A stretch of 64,000 nt of DNA, taken from the NCBI GenBank assembly GCA_031382385.1, contig JANMYS010000085.1, positions 2,977 through 66,976 of the forward strand. The letters are read 5' to 3'. Shown piece by piece: positions 38,272-47,397 of the stretch. Origin of the DNA: Gemmatimonadota bacterium. GTDB taxonomy: Bacteria > Gemmatimonadota > Gemmatimonadetes > Gemmatimonadales > GWC2-71-9. Position 1 is the stretch's first letter; each line of letters opens with the position of its first letter. Below the pieces are notes generated by a model. It was given only the letters and a program-made list of their open reading frames with translations. It did no database searches and had not been told where the DNA came from. The position numbers were made by a program, and so were the translations under genes.

Positions 38272-38630
38272 GCGAACCATCCGAGATCCACCTTCAGGGC
38301 CGAGCCGCCGCGCCGGGAAAGGCCAGCGGCCCGGTCCACCTCGTCAATGAGGCATCGCTGCACCAGCCGGTTCCGGCCGGCTGCATCCTGGTGACGCGGA
38401 TACTGCATCCCCATCAGGCGCCGCTGCTCGCTCGCGTCTCCGGCATCGTTACCGAAGAGGGTTCGCTGCTGCAGCATGCGACGACGCTGGCACGGGAGTT
38501 CGGGGTGCCCGCGGTCGTGGGTGTCCGGGGTGCCACGGCACGGTGCCACGAGGGGGACCGGATCGAAGTGGACGGCAATCTCGGTTTCGTGATCCTGCGG
38601 GGCCGGTCGGTGGACGGGGGCGCCTGGTGA
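38268..38630 (+). CDS. Stand-alone PEP-utilising-enzyme mobile (swivel phosphohistidine) domain protein
   Basis: 120 aa with ..GCILVTRILHPHQAPLLARVSGIVTEEGSLLQHATTLAREFGVPAVVG.. It has 4-bp overlaps at both ends. Confidence 0.8.
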   Translation: MSEPSEIHLQGRAAAPGKASGPVHLVNEASLHQPVPAGCILVTRILHPHQAPLLARVSGIVTEEGSLLQHATTLAREFGVPAVVGVRGATARCHEGDRIEVDGNLGFVILRGRSVDGGAW

Positions 38631-41600
38631 CCCCTTCCCCCTTTGTGGCGCACTTCCACAGCGAGGCACCCGAGGCACGCCGGCTCGGCGGAAAGGGAGC
38701 CAGTCTCTGTCAGCTGGTGCAGTCCGGGTACCGCGTCCCCGCCGGCTTCGTGATCCCGATCGATGCGTTCCGGCAGACCTGCGAGGCGCTGGATCTCGGG
38801 GCGGCGCTAACGGCCGTCAACGATGGGCTGGCGCGGCGCGGTGATGTCGCGCGCCTGGGAGAGCCGGTCCAGTCGCGATTGCTCGAGGGCCGGATCAGCG
38901 AAGCCGTCCTGGCCCCGATCCTCGCAGCCGTCGATCAGCTCGCTCTCTGGGAGAACAACACGGCGGGAGTCCTGGTGCGCTCGTCGGCCACGGTGGAGGA
39001 CGGTGCGTCGCACTCTTTCGCCGGCATCTTCGAATCGATCCCGATCAGCACGCCGGAGGCGCTGGAACGGACCATTCGTGACGTCTGGTCCTCGGTATTC
39101 TCGCCCCGCGCCCTGAGCTATTGCCGGGAGGTCGGCCTCACCGAGTACCCCGGGATGGCCGTCGTCATCCAGCGGTTCCTCGAGGCGGAACGATCCGGTG
39201 TGATGTTCACTCGATTCTCCGGCCGCACCCTCGTCGAGCACGTCGAGGGAGGGTGCGAAAAGCTGGTGAAGGGGGAGGTGACCCCGGAACAGCTCTGGAT
39301 CCCGGGCCCGGGACAGCCGCCGATCGATACGGGGAGTTTGCCAATCGAGCATGCCCGGGAACTCTCCCGACTGGCCGAGAGCCTGGAGCAGGCGTTCGGC
39401 GCGCCGCAGGACGTCGAGTGGGTCCTCTTTGAAGACGCGGTACATGTCGTCCAGTCGCGGCCGATCACCACCACGGCGACCCCGGCCGCAGCGGGCGTCG
39501 CGCCGATGGACCTCGGAGACAGCACGCCCTTTCTGCGCGGCATTCCCGCGAGCGGCGGGTGGGGCGCCGGCCCGGTGCAGCTGGTGTTCAATATTGACGA
39601 TGCGCTCGCGCTGGAATCGGGCCAGATCCTGGTCACCCCGATGACCAATCCCGACATGGTGGTGGCGATGCGGAAGTCGGCCGCAATCGTCACCGACGTC
39701 GGTGGAGTGATCTGTCACGCTGCAATCGTCTCGCGGGAGCTTGGCCTTCCCTGCGTGGTCGGAACCGCGGCGGCGACCACGACGATGCAGACAGGGGACA
39801 TTGTCACCGTGGCCGGAACCGAGGGCGCGGTCTACCGGGGAAGGCCCGAGGGTGCCGGCCGCGCGGCGGCACGACGACCGGCGGAGTGGGTCGATCTCTG
39901 GGCGCGGTGGACCGCAGTCACCGCCGGCCGCCCGGGCGTGATTCCCATCCTTTCCAGCGCCGATGCACTGGCAGATCTGCCCGTGGGTCTCAGTACTCTG
40001 GTGCTGATGCCCGATGTCGATCTGCGCTGCGATCCCTCGGGGCTCTGGGCAGATCTCGAGGGGATGAGCGCTGCAGCGGGTGGCCGGCTCCTGGACGATT
40101 ACCTCGTGCGGGTGGCGGAGCTCGCGCAACGGGCCGGCATCAAACGGCTCTACCTTCTCCCCCATGACCCCAGCCTGTCGGCACCCGTCGCGGCCGCGGT
40201 GCGCCGGATCGGACATCCGGTCCTCCAGCTTCACGCCGATGCTGCCGACGCGCCCGGGATCGTCCTGGTCCCCGGGCCTCACCTGCCCGCGACAGGTTCC
40301 GCGATCCCACTCGCCGCGGCGGCGCTCTGTGGTGGCGGTCGATCCGCCGCGCCGGTGCTTGCCGGCATGGAGACCGCGACAGCGGCCGCACTCGATACCC
40401 TCAAGTTCTTTGGTCACCAGCCCGGCACCAGCCTGGGCCCCATGCCCGCCGCGACCCGACGCCGCGACTGGTGGCAGCTGCTTCCCGAGTACGGCCGGTT
40501 TCACCATGAGTGCAGGACCGCCCAGGCGACCGGCGATCACAGCTGGCTGGAGGTGCGTCCGGAGCTGGTGATCTCCGCCCTGCTCAAGTCGCTGGTGCTG
40601 CCCGGATTCGAAATGGTACCGCGGGTCATGGGCTTTCCCGGCCTGCCCCCGATGCATACCAAGTGGATCAAGTGCCGCTACCACTTCCGGTCGGACAGCT
40701 TCGCGCTGGCGTGGCAGGCGATCGTCCGCGGCACGTGGAGCGCCGAGTACATGGCCGACCTGATGCGGCGGATTCGCATCTCGTACCGGCAACTCGGTGA
40801 AGTCCTCGTCCTCTTTCCTGTCGGCGCGACGGAACTGGCCGCCCTGACCCCGGAGCGGATGGTGGCGCTGATGACGTCGTGGTGGCCCCGCTGGGTGGAG
40901 TTCTTCGCCCTCTGCTGGTTCATCCAGGCCCAGGGTGACGACATCGTCTATCCCTTCCTGAAGGAAACCGTGACGGACAGCCTCGAGCGGGTGTCGCGCG
41001 AGTCAGATGACTTCGCCTGGCCCGGTCTCCCCGACCTGATGGCACCAACCACGCCCGTGATGAGTGGCGCATACATGGCGAGCGTTGGCCGGTTGCGGGA
41101 GGCGCTCGCTGCTGCGGGACTGACGACCACAACGGCGGCCATGGCGGCGCTCGCCGCAGGCGGGGCGGATGCGGCGTTCTCCGCTTTGCTGGCGCAGCAC
41201 CTGGAGCAGTGGCACTGGATGCGCGACCGGGACCTGCTCTTCGAACCCTGGGATACGCCGCGACGGGTAATCGAGACCGCGCTCAAGACCGACCAGCACA
41301 CCGCCGCGCCCTATCAGGCTAACCTGCGGCGAAACCGGCTGGCGCAGAGCGTCCATTTCGATCTGGCCCATGGGGCCGGCCGGGCCGGTGGACTCAACCT
41401 GGCCGGGCGCTTCCTGCACGACCTGAACGTCGAGCGGGAGAACCACCACGTCCTCTGGCTGAAATACTCCTACCCCTTGCGTCGGCTGGTGCTGGAGATC
41501 GAGCGCCGGTTCGTCGCGCTCGGAAGTCTCGAGCCGGGCGACATCTTCTTCCTGCAGGCGCCGGAACTGATCGAGGCCACTGGCCGGCTCCCGGCACCCC

Positions 41601-41713
41601 TGCCACCGGAGCTGGTGCAGGCCGTGAAGAACCGCCGTCAGGGCTACCTCCACGAAGCGAAACTGGGGAACGTGGCGCCGACGGCGCTGACCCGGGAGGA
41701 CGATTACTACTAG
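38627..41713 (+). CDS. PEP/pyruvate-binding (PPDK_N ATP-grasp) plus swivel His domain plus ~580-aa non-canonical C-terminal domain
   Basis: I chose the GTG start at 38627 (GTGA overlap). The ATP-grasp domain reads RRLGGKGASLCQL ... DVEWVLFEDAVHVVQSRPIT. The swivel domain reads ILVTPMTNPDMV..TDVGGVICHAAIVSRELGLPCVVG. The C-terminus ends ..EPGDIFFLQAPELIEA and has no PEP-utilizers_C TIM-barrel motifs. Confidence 0.8.
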   Translation: MTPSPFVAHFHSEAPEARRLGGKGASLCQLVQSGYRVPAGFVIPIDAFRQTCEALDLGAALTAVNDGLARRGDVARLGEPVQSRLLEGRISEAVLAPILAAVDQLALWENNTAGVLVRSSATVEDGASHSFAGIFESIPISTPEALERTIRDVWSSVFSPRALSYCREVGLTEYPGMAVVIQRFLEAERSGVMFTRFSGRTLVEHVEGGCEKLVKGEVTPEQLWIPGPGQPPIDTGSLPIEHARELSRLAESLEQAFGAPQDVEWVLFEDAVHVVQSRPITTTATPAAAGVAPMDLGDSTPFLRGIPASGGWGAGPVQLVFNIDDALALESGQILVTPMTNPDMVVAMRKSAAIVTDVGGVICHAAIVSRELGLPCVVGTAAATTTMQTGDIVTVAGTEGAVYRGRPEGAGRAAARRPAEWVDLWARWTAVTAGRPGVIPILSSADALADLPVGLSTLVLMPDVDLRCDPSGLWADLEGMSAAAGGRLLDDYLVRVAELAQRAGIKRLYLLPHDPSLSAPVAAAVRRIGHPVLQLHADAADAPGIVLVPGPHLPATGSAIPLAAAALCGGGRSAAPVLAGMETATAAALDTLKFFGHQPGTSLGPMPAATRRRDWWQLLPEYGRFHHECRTAQATGDHSWLEVRPELVISALLKSLVLPGFEMVPRVMGFPGLPPMHTKWIKCRYHFRSDSFALAWQAIVRGTWSAEYMADLMRRIRISYRQLGEVLVLFPVGATELAALTPERMVALMTSWWPRWVEFFALCWFIQAQGDDIVYPFLKETVTDSLERVSRESDDFAWPGLPDLMAPTTPVMSGAYMASVGRLREALAAAGLTTTTAAMAALAAGGADAAFSALLAQHLEQWHWMRDRDLLFEPWDTPRRVIETALKTDQHTAAPYQANLRRNRLAQSVHFDLAHGAGRAGGLNLAGRFLHDLNVERENHHVLWLKYSYPLRRLVLEIERRFVALGSLEPGDIFFLQAPELIEATGRLPAPLPPELVQAVKNRRQGYLHEAKLGNVAPTALTREDDYY

Positions 41714-41729
41714 AGGAACCGTCTGGCCA

Positions 41730-43244
41730 CTATGGCATCGCCGACGCCGCCCCATCGAGACGCTCCCAGCGCAGGCCATCTGGTGACACCCGATACCCGT
41801 CGTTCGTGGCGGGATCGCCTCCGGTATGGAACTCCAGCGGCGCCTCGAGCCCGTCGGTGCTCGCCACCCGGATCTGCCGACTCACGGCCCGCATGTGCAC
41901 TTTGCAGACCTCGCGCTCCCGCAGGAGCTCTCGATTGAGCGCCGGCCGCTTCGCCGGATCAATCGTCCCATCCACTCGAAGCTGGAACAGTTCCCCACTG
42001 CGCTCGCGCAGCCGCAGGAACTCCTCGACCGTCGTCCCGGCGCCAGCCACCAGCTGGAGGAAGGCGTGATTGGCCGTCTCTTCACTGGCGAGGACCTTCC
42101 GCGCGTTCCAGAAGTAGGATTGTTCGTCCCGGTGCATGTCGTAGAAGCTGAGAAGGAAATCGTAGAACACGGAGAATTCGCTGCGATAGCGCCGCTCGTA
42201 GATGGCGAGGCCCACTTCCTCCGGCATCTCCCCGCGCAGAATCGTGGCGATTGACCGGGCGGCCAGCATGCCGCTGTAGGTCGCCAGATGGACCCCGGAG
42301 GAGAAGACAGGATCAACGAAACAGGCGGCGTCGCCGACGAGCACGAGCCCCGGCGCCCAGAAGCTGGAGTTGATGTACGAGTAGTCCTTCCGGACCCGAT
42401 AGCTGCCGTACATGCCGCTCTCTACCCGTGTCGCGCCCGACAGCAGCGCCCTGATTTCCGGACAGGCCTCGATGAATTCCCGCATCGCGCGCTCGGGGCC
42501 AGCCTGAAGCTTCTCGGCATGCTCCTTTGCGACAACGGCGCCGACACTGGTCAGCGTGTCGGAGAGCGGGATGTACCAGAACCAGCCGTACGGGAAGATG
42601 CAAGAGAAGATGTTGCCGCTGTTCGGGACGGGCAGGCGCCCGGCCCCCTCGAAGTAGGCAAAGAGCGCGACGTTCTGGAAGAACTGCGAATACACCCGCT
42701 CCCCGGCATGCGCATGGAGGCGGCTCTGATTGCCCGACGCGTCGACGACGAAACGGGCCCGTGCCTCCGAGAGCCGGCCGGCGGCATCCTTCAGCACCAC
42801 GCCAGAGATTCGGCCATCCTCCCGGATGATCTCCGTGACGGTGGTCTCCTCCCGCACTTCCACGCCATGGCGACGGGCATTGCCAAGGAGAAGGTGGTCG
42901 AACTTTGCCCGTTCGACCTGATAGGCGTAGTTGAATTCGAGGGTCTGATTGACGCGCGCCGTGCCAAAGTCGAAGGTCCAGGGCGTCGGGTCCTTGCCCC
43001 AGCGAAACGTTCCGCCGCGCTTCCGGACGAAGCCGGCGGCGTGAATCTCATCGCTCACGCCCAGCAGCCGGCAGACACCGTGAACCGTTGCCGGCAGGAG
43101 CGACTCACCGATCTGATAGCGAGGGAACTGCTCCCGGTCGACCAACAGCACACGCGCCCCGGCTTTGGCCAGCAGGGTCGCGGCCGTCGAGCCGCCCGGG
43201 CCTCCCCCAACGACGATGACCTCGTGTTCTGACACTGGCATCAA
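41730..43244 (-). CDS. Flavin-dependent halogenase (PltA/CmlS-like subgroup)
   Basis: 504 aa with GGGPGGS, FPRYQIGESLLP, the halogenase-specific W-x-W-x-I-P motif (GWFWYIPL) and GDAACFVDPVFSSGVH. Confidence 0.85.
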   Translation of the reverse strand: MMPVSEHEVIVVGGGPGGSTAATLLAKAGARVLLVDREQFPRYQIGESLLPATVHGVCRLLGVSDEIHAAGFVRKRGGTFRWGKDPTPWTFDFGTARVNQTLEFNYAYQVERAKFDHLLLGNARRHGVEVREETTVTEIIREDGRISGVVLKDAAGRLSEARARFVVDASGNQSRLHAHAGERVYSQFFQNVALFAYFEGAGRLPVPNSGNIFSCIFPYGWFWYIPLSDTLTSVGAVVAKEHAEKLQAGPERAMREFIEACPEIRALLSGATRVESGMYGSYRVRKDYSYINSSFWAPGLVLVGDAACFVDPVFSSGVHLATYSGMLAARSIATILRGEMPEEVGLAIYERRYRSEFSVFYDFLLSFYDMHRDEQSYFWNARKVLASEETANHAFLQLVAGAGTTVEEFLRLRERSGELFQLRVDGTIDPAKRPALNRELLREREVCKVHMRAVSRQIRVASTDGLEAPLEFHTGGDPATNDGYRVSPDGLRWERLDGAASAMP

Positions 43245-43503
43245 CCCTCCGGGCCGATCAACCCAGGCGTGGCGTCCGAAACATCAGGTGGGGGTGCTCC
43301 GCCGACCGTGCGGTGCCGCTGGGAAAGCTGCTGCGCGCACCTCCCCGCGGCAAGAAGATGCGGCTTCGCCGGATTCACCTAGCGACCATCCCTGGCGGCG
43401 GGTAAGTTGGGGCGTCAGACGATCTCTCCCATCTGCGGCCGGCAGCCGCACTGCAGGTCCGGGTCCGCGGACCATTTGCCCATCTCATGGCGGCTGCACG
43501 ACG

Positions 43504-44292
43504 ATGGCATTCATCATCGCGGGGCACATGCGGTCCGGCACCACCATGCTGCGAGAGGTCTGCCAAACCCACCCACGCCTTGAGGTCACCCGCGAGTTCG
43601 GCAACTTCCACCGGCTGGACCTCTCCTACCCGCGATACGCTCGCTTCATCCTGGGCCAGTGGTGGCGCAAGCGCGGCGGCATTGCTCCGCTGGCGCATGT
43701 CGTTCACCCGGCTCGCCGGCCTGAATTGCGTGACCTGCCATATGTGATGCGGTACCTGGCGCAGGTCTCTCGGGTCCAGCATGGTCGCGTCACTGGCGAT
43801 GTCATCGATCAGGCGCTTCGCCGATTGCACCCCCATGCCACCCAGGCGGGGGATAAACAGCCGGATTACGCTCTGAAGCTGGACCAGCTGACCGGGGAAA
43901 CCGCCATCAAGTGCGTGTACATCTATCGCGATCCGCGCGACGTCGCTGCCTCGACCGTCGAGAAGACTCGCGGTCCCTGGTATCGGACTCACACCGACGA
44001 ACTGCGTGAGCCACGCCGGATCGCGCAACGCTGGGTCCGGATGATGGAGGCGATGGAGCGCTGCCACGATCGACTCCTGGTCATCCGCTACGAGGACTTT
44101 GTCACCGATCCGGAGCCGGCGCTGGCTCGCCTCGGCGCCTGGCTCGGCGTGGACCCCGGCGGGTTTGATCGCTCCCGGGTGCACGGCAACAGCATCGGCA
44201 CTCACGCCACGCGACTGTCACCGCAGGAAATCGCCGACGTCGTCGAGGCGGCAGGGCCCACCATGCAACGCTATGGATACGCCGCCGAGTGA
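43504..44292 (+). CDS. Sulfotransferase family protein (1 of 3)
   Basis: The start is at MAFIIAGHMRSGTTML (5'-PSB-like loop). A 3'-PB-like YIYRDPRDVAAS is also present. Confidence 0.75.
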   Translation: MAFIIAGHMRSGTTMLREVCQTHPRLEVTREFGNFHRLDLSYPRYARFILGQWWRKRGGIAPLAHVVHPARRPELRDLPYVMRYLAQVSRVQHGRVTGDVIDQALRRLHPHATQAGDKQPDYALKLDQLTGETAIKCVYIYRDPRDVAASTVEKTRGPWYRTHTDELREPRRIAQRWVRMMEAMERCHDRLLVIRYEDFVTDPEPALARLGAWLGVDPGGFDRSRVHGNSIGTHATRLSPQEIADVVEAAGPTMQRYGYAAE

Positions 44293-46133
44293 CCGAGGAA
44301 CCCAAACGCCCCCGCTTCAAGAACGCCTGGGCCGAGGCACGCCAGATCATCGGGCGGCACCGCTACCGGCTTGCCATCGGGCTGCTGCTCATGCTGGTCA
44401 ATCGGGCTGCCGCCATGGTGCTGCCGGCATCCACCAAGTTCGTGATTGACGAAATCATCGGCCATCGGCGATCGGACCTGTTGTGGCTGGTGGCGCTTGC
44501 CGCGGGCGGTGCCACGCTGATCCAGTCGGCCACCAGCTTCGCGATGTCGCAGGTGCTGGGCGTGGCGGCCCAGAAGGCGATTACCGACATGCGCCGGACG
44601 GTGCAGGAGCATGTGATGCGACTGCCGGTCAGCTACTTCGATTCCACCAAGACCGGTGTGCTCATCTCGCGGATCATGAGTGATGCCGAGGGAATCCGGA
44701 ATCTGGTCGGGACCGGGATCGTGCAGCTTTTCGGCGGTTTCCTGACCGGGATCATTGCCGTGGGCGTGCTGCTGTGGCTCAACTGGCAGCTGACGGCGCT
44801 AACCTTCGTCGTCCTGCTCTGCTTTGGCGGCGGGCTGGCCTATGCCTTGACCCGGTTGCGGCCTCTGCTGCGCGACCGGGGCAAGCTCAACGCCGACGTG
44901 ACCGGTCGCCTCGCGGAAAGCCTGGGCGGCATCCGGATCGTGAAAGCGTACGTCGCCGAACGGCGGGAGGACCTCGTCTTCACCCGGGGGGTCAATCAGC
45001 TGTTCCGCAACGTGGCCAAGTCCGTCACGGCGGTGTCAGCCCTGTCTGCCTTCGCGGCAGTTATCGTCGGGACTATCGGTGTGCTGATCATCGTGATCGG
45101 AGGGCGCGCCGTCCTGGATGGGACGATGACGGTCGGCGACCTGTTCATGTATGGAGTGTTCACCGGACTGATGGCCGCCCCGATGATCCAGATTGCGTCG
45201 ATAGGCACCCAGATCACCGAGGCGTTTGCGGGGCTCGACCGTATCCGCGAGATCCGGCTGATGGCCACCGAAGACGAGGATGACAGCAAGCGCACGCCGC
45301 TGGCGGATCTCCGGGGCGATGTGAGCTTCGAGGAGGTCAGCTTTGAGTACCGCCCCGACACGCCGGTGCTGAGGCAGGTGACGTTCCGCGCCCCCGCCGG
45401 CTCGACGACCGCACTGGTCGGGTCGAGCGGCTCAGGCAAGAGCACGCTGATCAGCCTGATCATGACCTTCAATCAGCCGCTGTCGGGCCGGATCCTCGTG
45501 GACGGTCACAACCTGGCCACGACGCGTCTGCGCGACTATCGGGCGCATCTGGGCGTGGTGCTGCAGGACAACTTCCTGTTTGACGGAACGATTGCGGAGA
45601 ATATCCGGTTCGGGCGACCGCAGGCGAGCCTGGAGGAAGTGCGGGCGGTGGCGCGGATCGCGCACTGCGACGCGTTTGTTGCCGGTTTCGAGCAGGGCTA
45701 CGACACCATCGTGGGAGAGCGCGGCATCAAGCTCTCCGGTGGGCAGCGCCAGCGCATCGCGATCGCACGCGCCATCCTCGCCAATCCCCGAATCCTCATC
45801 CTGGACGAGGCCACGAGCAGCCTCGACAGCGAGAGCGAAGCGCAGATTCAGGATGGCCTGCGGGCGCTGCGCCGGGGGCGGACCACCTTCGTGATCGCCC
45901 ACCGCCTCTCCACCATTGTCAGCGCCGACCAGATCCTGGTGCTCGAGGGCGGTGAGATCGTCGAACGCGGTACCCATGCGGCATTGCTGTCGCTGGATGG
46001 CCGCTACCGCCAGCTCTACGACCGGCAATACCAGATCGAACGGGACCGGTTCATCAATCCCGGCGAGGACTTCACCCCTGAGCCCGAATCCGCGACACCG
46101 TTCATCTCACGCACCCCGCCGACCGCGCTGTGA
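44289..46133 (+). CDS. ABC exporter, fused permease plus ATPase (MsbA/McjD-like half transporter)
   Basis: 614 aa with a GTGA start overlap, a six-TM N-terminal half, GSSGSGKST, LSGGQRQR and ILILDEATS. Confidence 0.9.
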   Translation: MTEEPKRPRFKNAWAEARQIIGRHRYRLAIGLLLMLVNRAAAMVLPASTKFVIDEIIGHRRSDLLWLVALAAGGATLIQSATSFAMSQVLGVAAQKAITDMRRTVQEHVMRLPVSYFDSTKTGVLISRIMSDAEGIRNLVGTGIVQLFGGFLTGIIAVGVLLWLNWQLTALTFVVLLCFGGGLAYALTRLRPLLRDRGKLNADVTGRLAESLGGIRIVKAYVAERREDLVFTRGVNQLFRNVAKSVTAVSALSAFAAVIVGTIGVLIIVIGGRAVLDGTMTVGDLFMYGVFTGLMAAPMIQIASIGTQITEAFAGLDRIREIRLMATEDEDDSKRTPLADLRGDVSFEEVSFEYRPDTPVLRQVTFRAPAGSTTALVGSSGSGKSTLISLIMTFNQPLSGRILVDGHNLATTRLRDYRAHLGVVLQDNFLFDGTIAENIRFGRPQASLEEVRAVARIAHCDAFVAGFEQGYDTIVGERGIKLSGGQRQRIAIARAILANPRILILDEATSSLDSESEAQIQDGLRALRRGRTTFVIAHRLSTIVSADQILVLEGGEIVERGTHAALLSLDGRYRQLYDRQYQIERDRFINPGEDFTPEPESATPFISRTPPTAL

Positions 46134-46185
46134 CGCCCCGGAGTCTCCCGGCGATACCACGGGCGCACATTACCGCACAGGTTCG

Positions 46186-47322
46186 TCACACCGCGTGCAG
46201 GACCTCGAGGAGGATATCCATGGTGCGCCGGGCGGTGCGGTCCCAGGAGAAGCGTTGCACATTCAGGAAACCGACCGCCCGGAGCGAGGCATGCAGCGCG
46301 GTATCGTCCAGCAGGCGGTGCATGGCCAGGGCGATCTCATCGGGGTCCCTGGCGTTCACGAGCATCGCCCCAGTACCGGCGACGTCGGGCATGGCCGCAT
46401 GATTCGCGGTGATGACCGGCGTGCCGACGGCCTGGGCCTGGAGGATGGGAATGCCGAAGCCTTCGTAGCAGCTCGGGAAGACGAGGGCGTGCGCCCCGGC
46501 GATGAGCGCCGGCAGGTCCTCCTCAGGGACGTACCCCGGCATCCGGAGATGCGGGGCAAACCCAGAGTCGCCGATGGCCGCCTCGATCCGGTCGTAACCG
46601 AAGCCGGGCGTGCCAGCCAGAACCAGCGCGATCCTGTGGCCGGCCCCAAGCCGCTGCCTGAGCTGCGCGAAGGCGCGCAGGATGTTCGTCACGTTCTTCT
46701 TGGCTTCAAGGCGTCCGAGGTAGAGGAAGAACGGCTGGGCGAGACGATACTTCGCCAGCACCTCCATCCTGCGCTCCAGGGTGATGCTGCTGCTGTAGAC
46801 GGCCGGGTCGACGGCGTTCGGCGTCACGTTGACCCGACCCGGCGCGACACCATAGGCCGCAATGATCTCCTGGCGAGAGAACTCGGACACCGTCAGGATG
46901 CGATCAGCGATGCCGACCGCGCGACGCGCGGCGAGGCGATGAGCCAGCCGGTCGGAGACCGAGTAGAGATGCGGCAGTTGCACGAAGCCGATATCGTGGA
47001 GCGTGGCCACGACCCGCTGCGGCGGGAACAGCGGCAGGATGTGAGTTGGCTGGAACAGCAGGTCCACTGGCCGGCGCCACAGCTCCCACGACAGGCCGCA
47101 CAGGGTCCAGAAGGGCCGGTGTTTCCACGGCACGACCCGGCCGCGCCAGTGTGGCGGCATCTGCTCCAGTCCGTCACGCAACGGTTCCCGGGAGAAAAGG
47201 ACGAACCCGACCCCCGGGTCCTCCAGCTGCTTCATCGCCTGAATGAGGTGATAGGCGTACCACTCGGCACCGGTTCGCCGCGGTGTATTCGCCCTCGAGG
47301 CATCGATGCCGATTGTCACCAT
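46186..47322 (-). CDS. Glycosyltransferase family 4 (GT-B)
   Basis: The start is at MVTIGIDASRA (comp. 47320-47322). The E-x7-E region is CYEGFGIPILQAQAVGTPVI. Confidence 0.85.
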   Translation of the reverse strand: MVTIGIDASRANTPRRTGAEWYAYHLIQAMKQLEDPGVGFVLFSREPLRDGLEQMPPHWRGRVVPWKHRPFWTLCGLSWELWRRPVDLLFQPTHILPLFPPQRVVATLHDIGFVQLPHLYSVSDRLAHRLAARRAVGIADRILTVSEFSRQEIIAAYGVAPGRVNVTPNAVDPAVYSSSITLERRMEVLAKYRLAQPFFLYLGRLEAKKNVTNILRAFAQLRQRLGAGHRIALVLAGTPGFGYDRIEAAIGDSGFAPHLRMPGYVPEEDLPALIAGAHALVFPSCYEGFGIPILQAQAVGTPVITANHAAMPDVAGTGAMLVNARDPDEIALAMHRLLDDTALHASLRAVGFLNVQRFSWDRTARRTMDILLEVLHAV

Positions 47323-47397
47323 GCTTGACCACGCTCGCCGTCGCCGGGCTGTGAGTGACCTTCGAGCAGATGATAGTCGTCGCTGGCAGGCGGTGCC

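Noticed and set aside
43245-43503. Small ORFs in the halogenase / sulfotransferase divergent intergenic region considered as precursor peptides (for example 43284-43475 minus, and 43487-43747 plus).
   Set aside because: They are Arg/Gly/Pro-rich. One overlaps the sulfotransferase start out of frame. Neither has an RBS or a distinctive core sequence.
34708-46133. Lasso-peptide cluster, suggested by NTP_transf_5, sulfotransferase and an McjD-like ABC exporter.
   Set aside because: There is no asparagine-synthetase-like cyclase, no transglutaminase-fold leader protease, no PqqD-like recognition element (RRE) and no HPr-kinase-like gene. I also found no short precursor with a G/A/S/C-start core and D/E at position 7-9 in the intergenic gaps.
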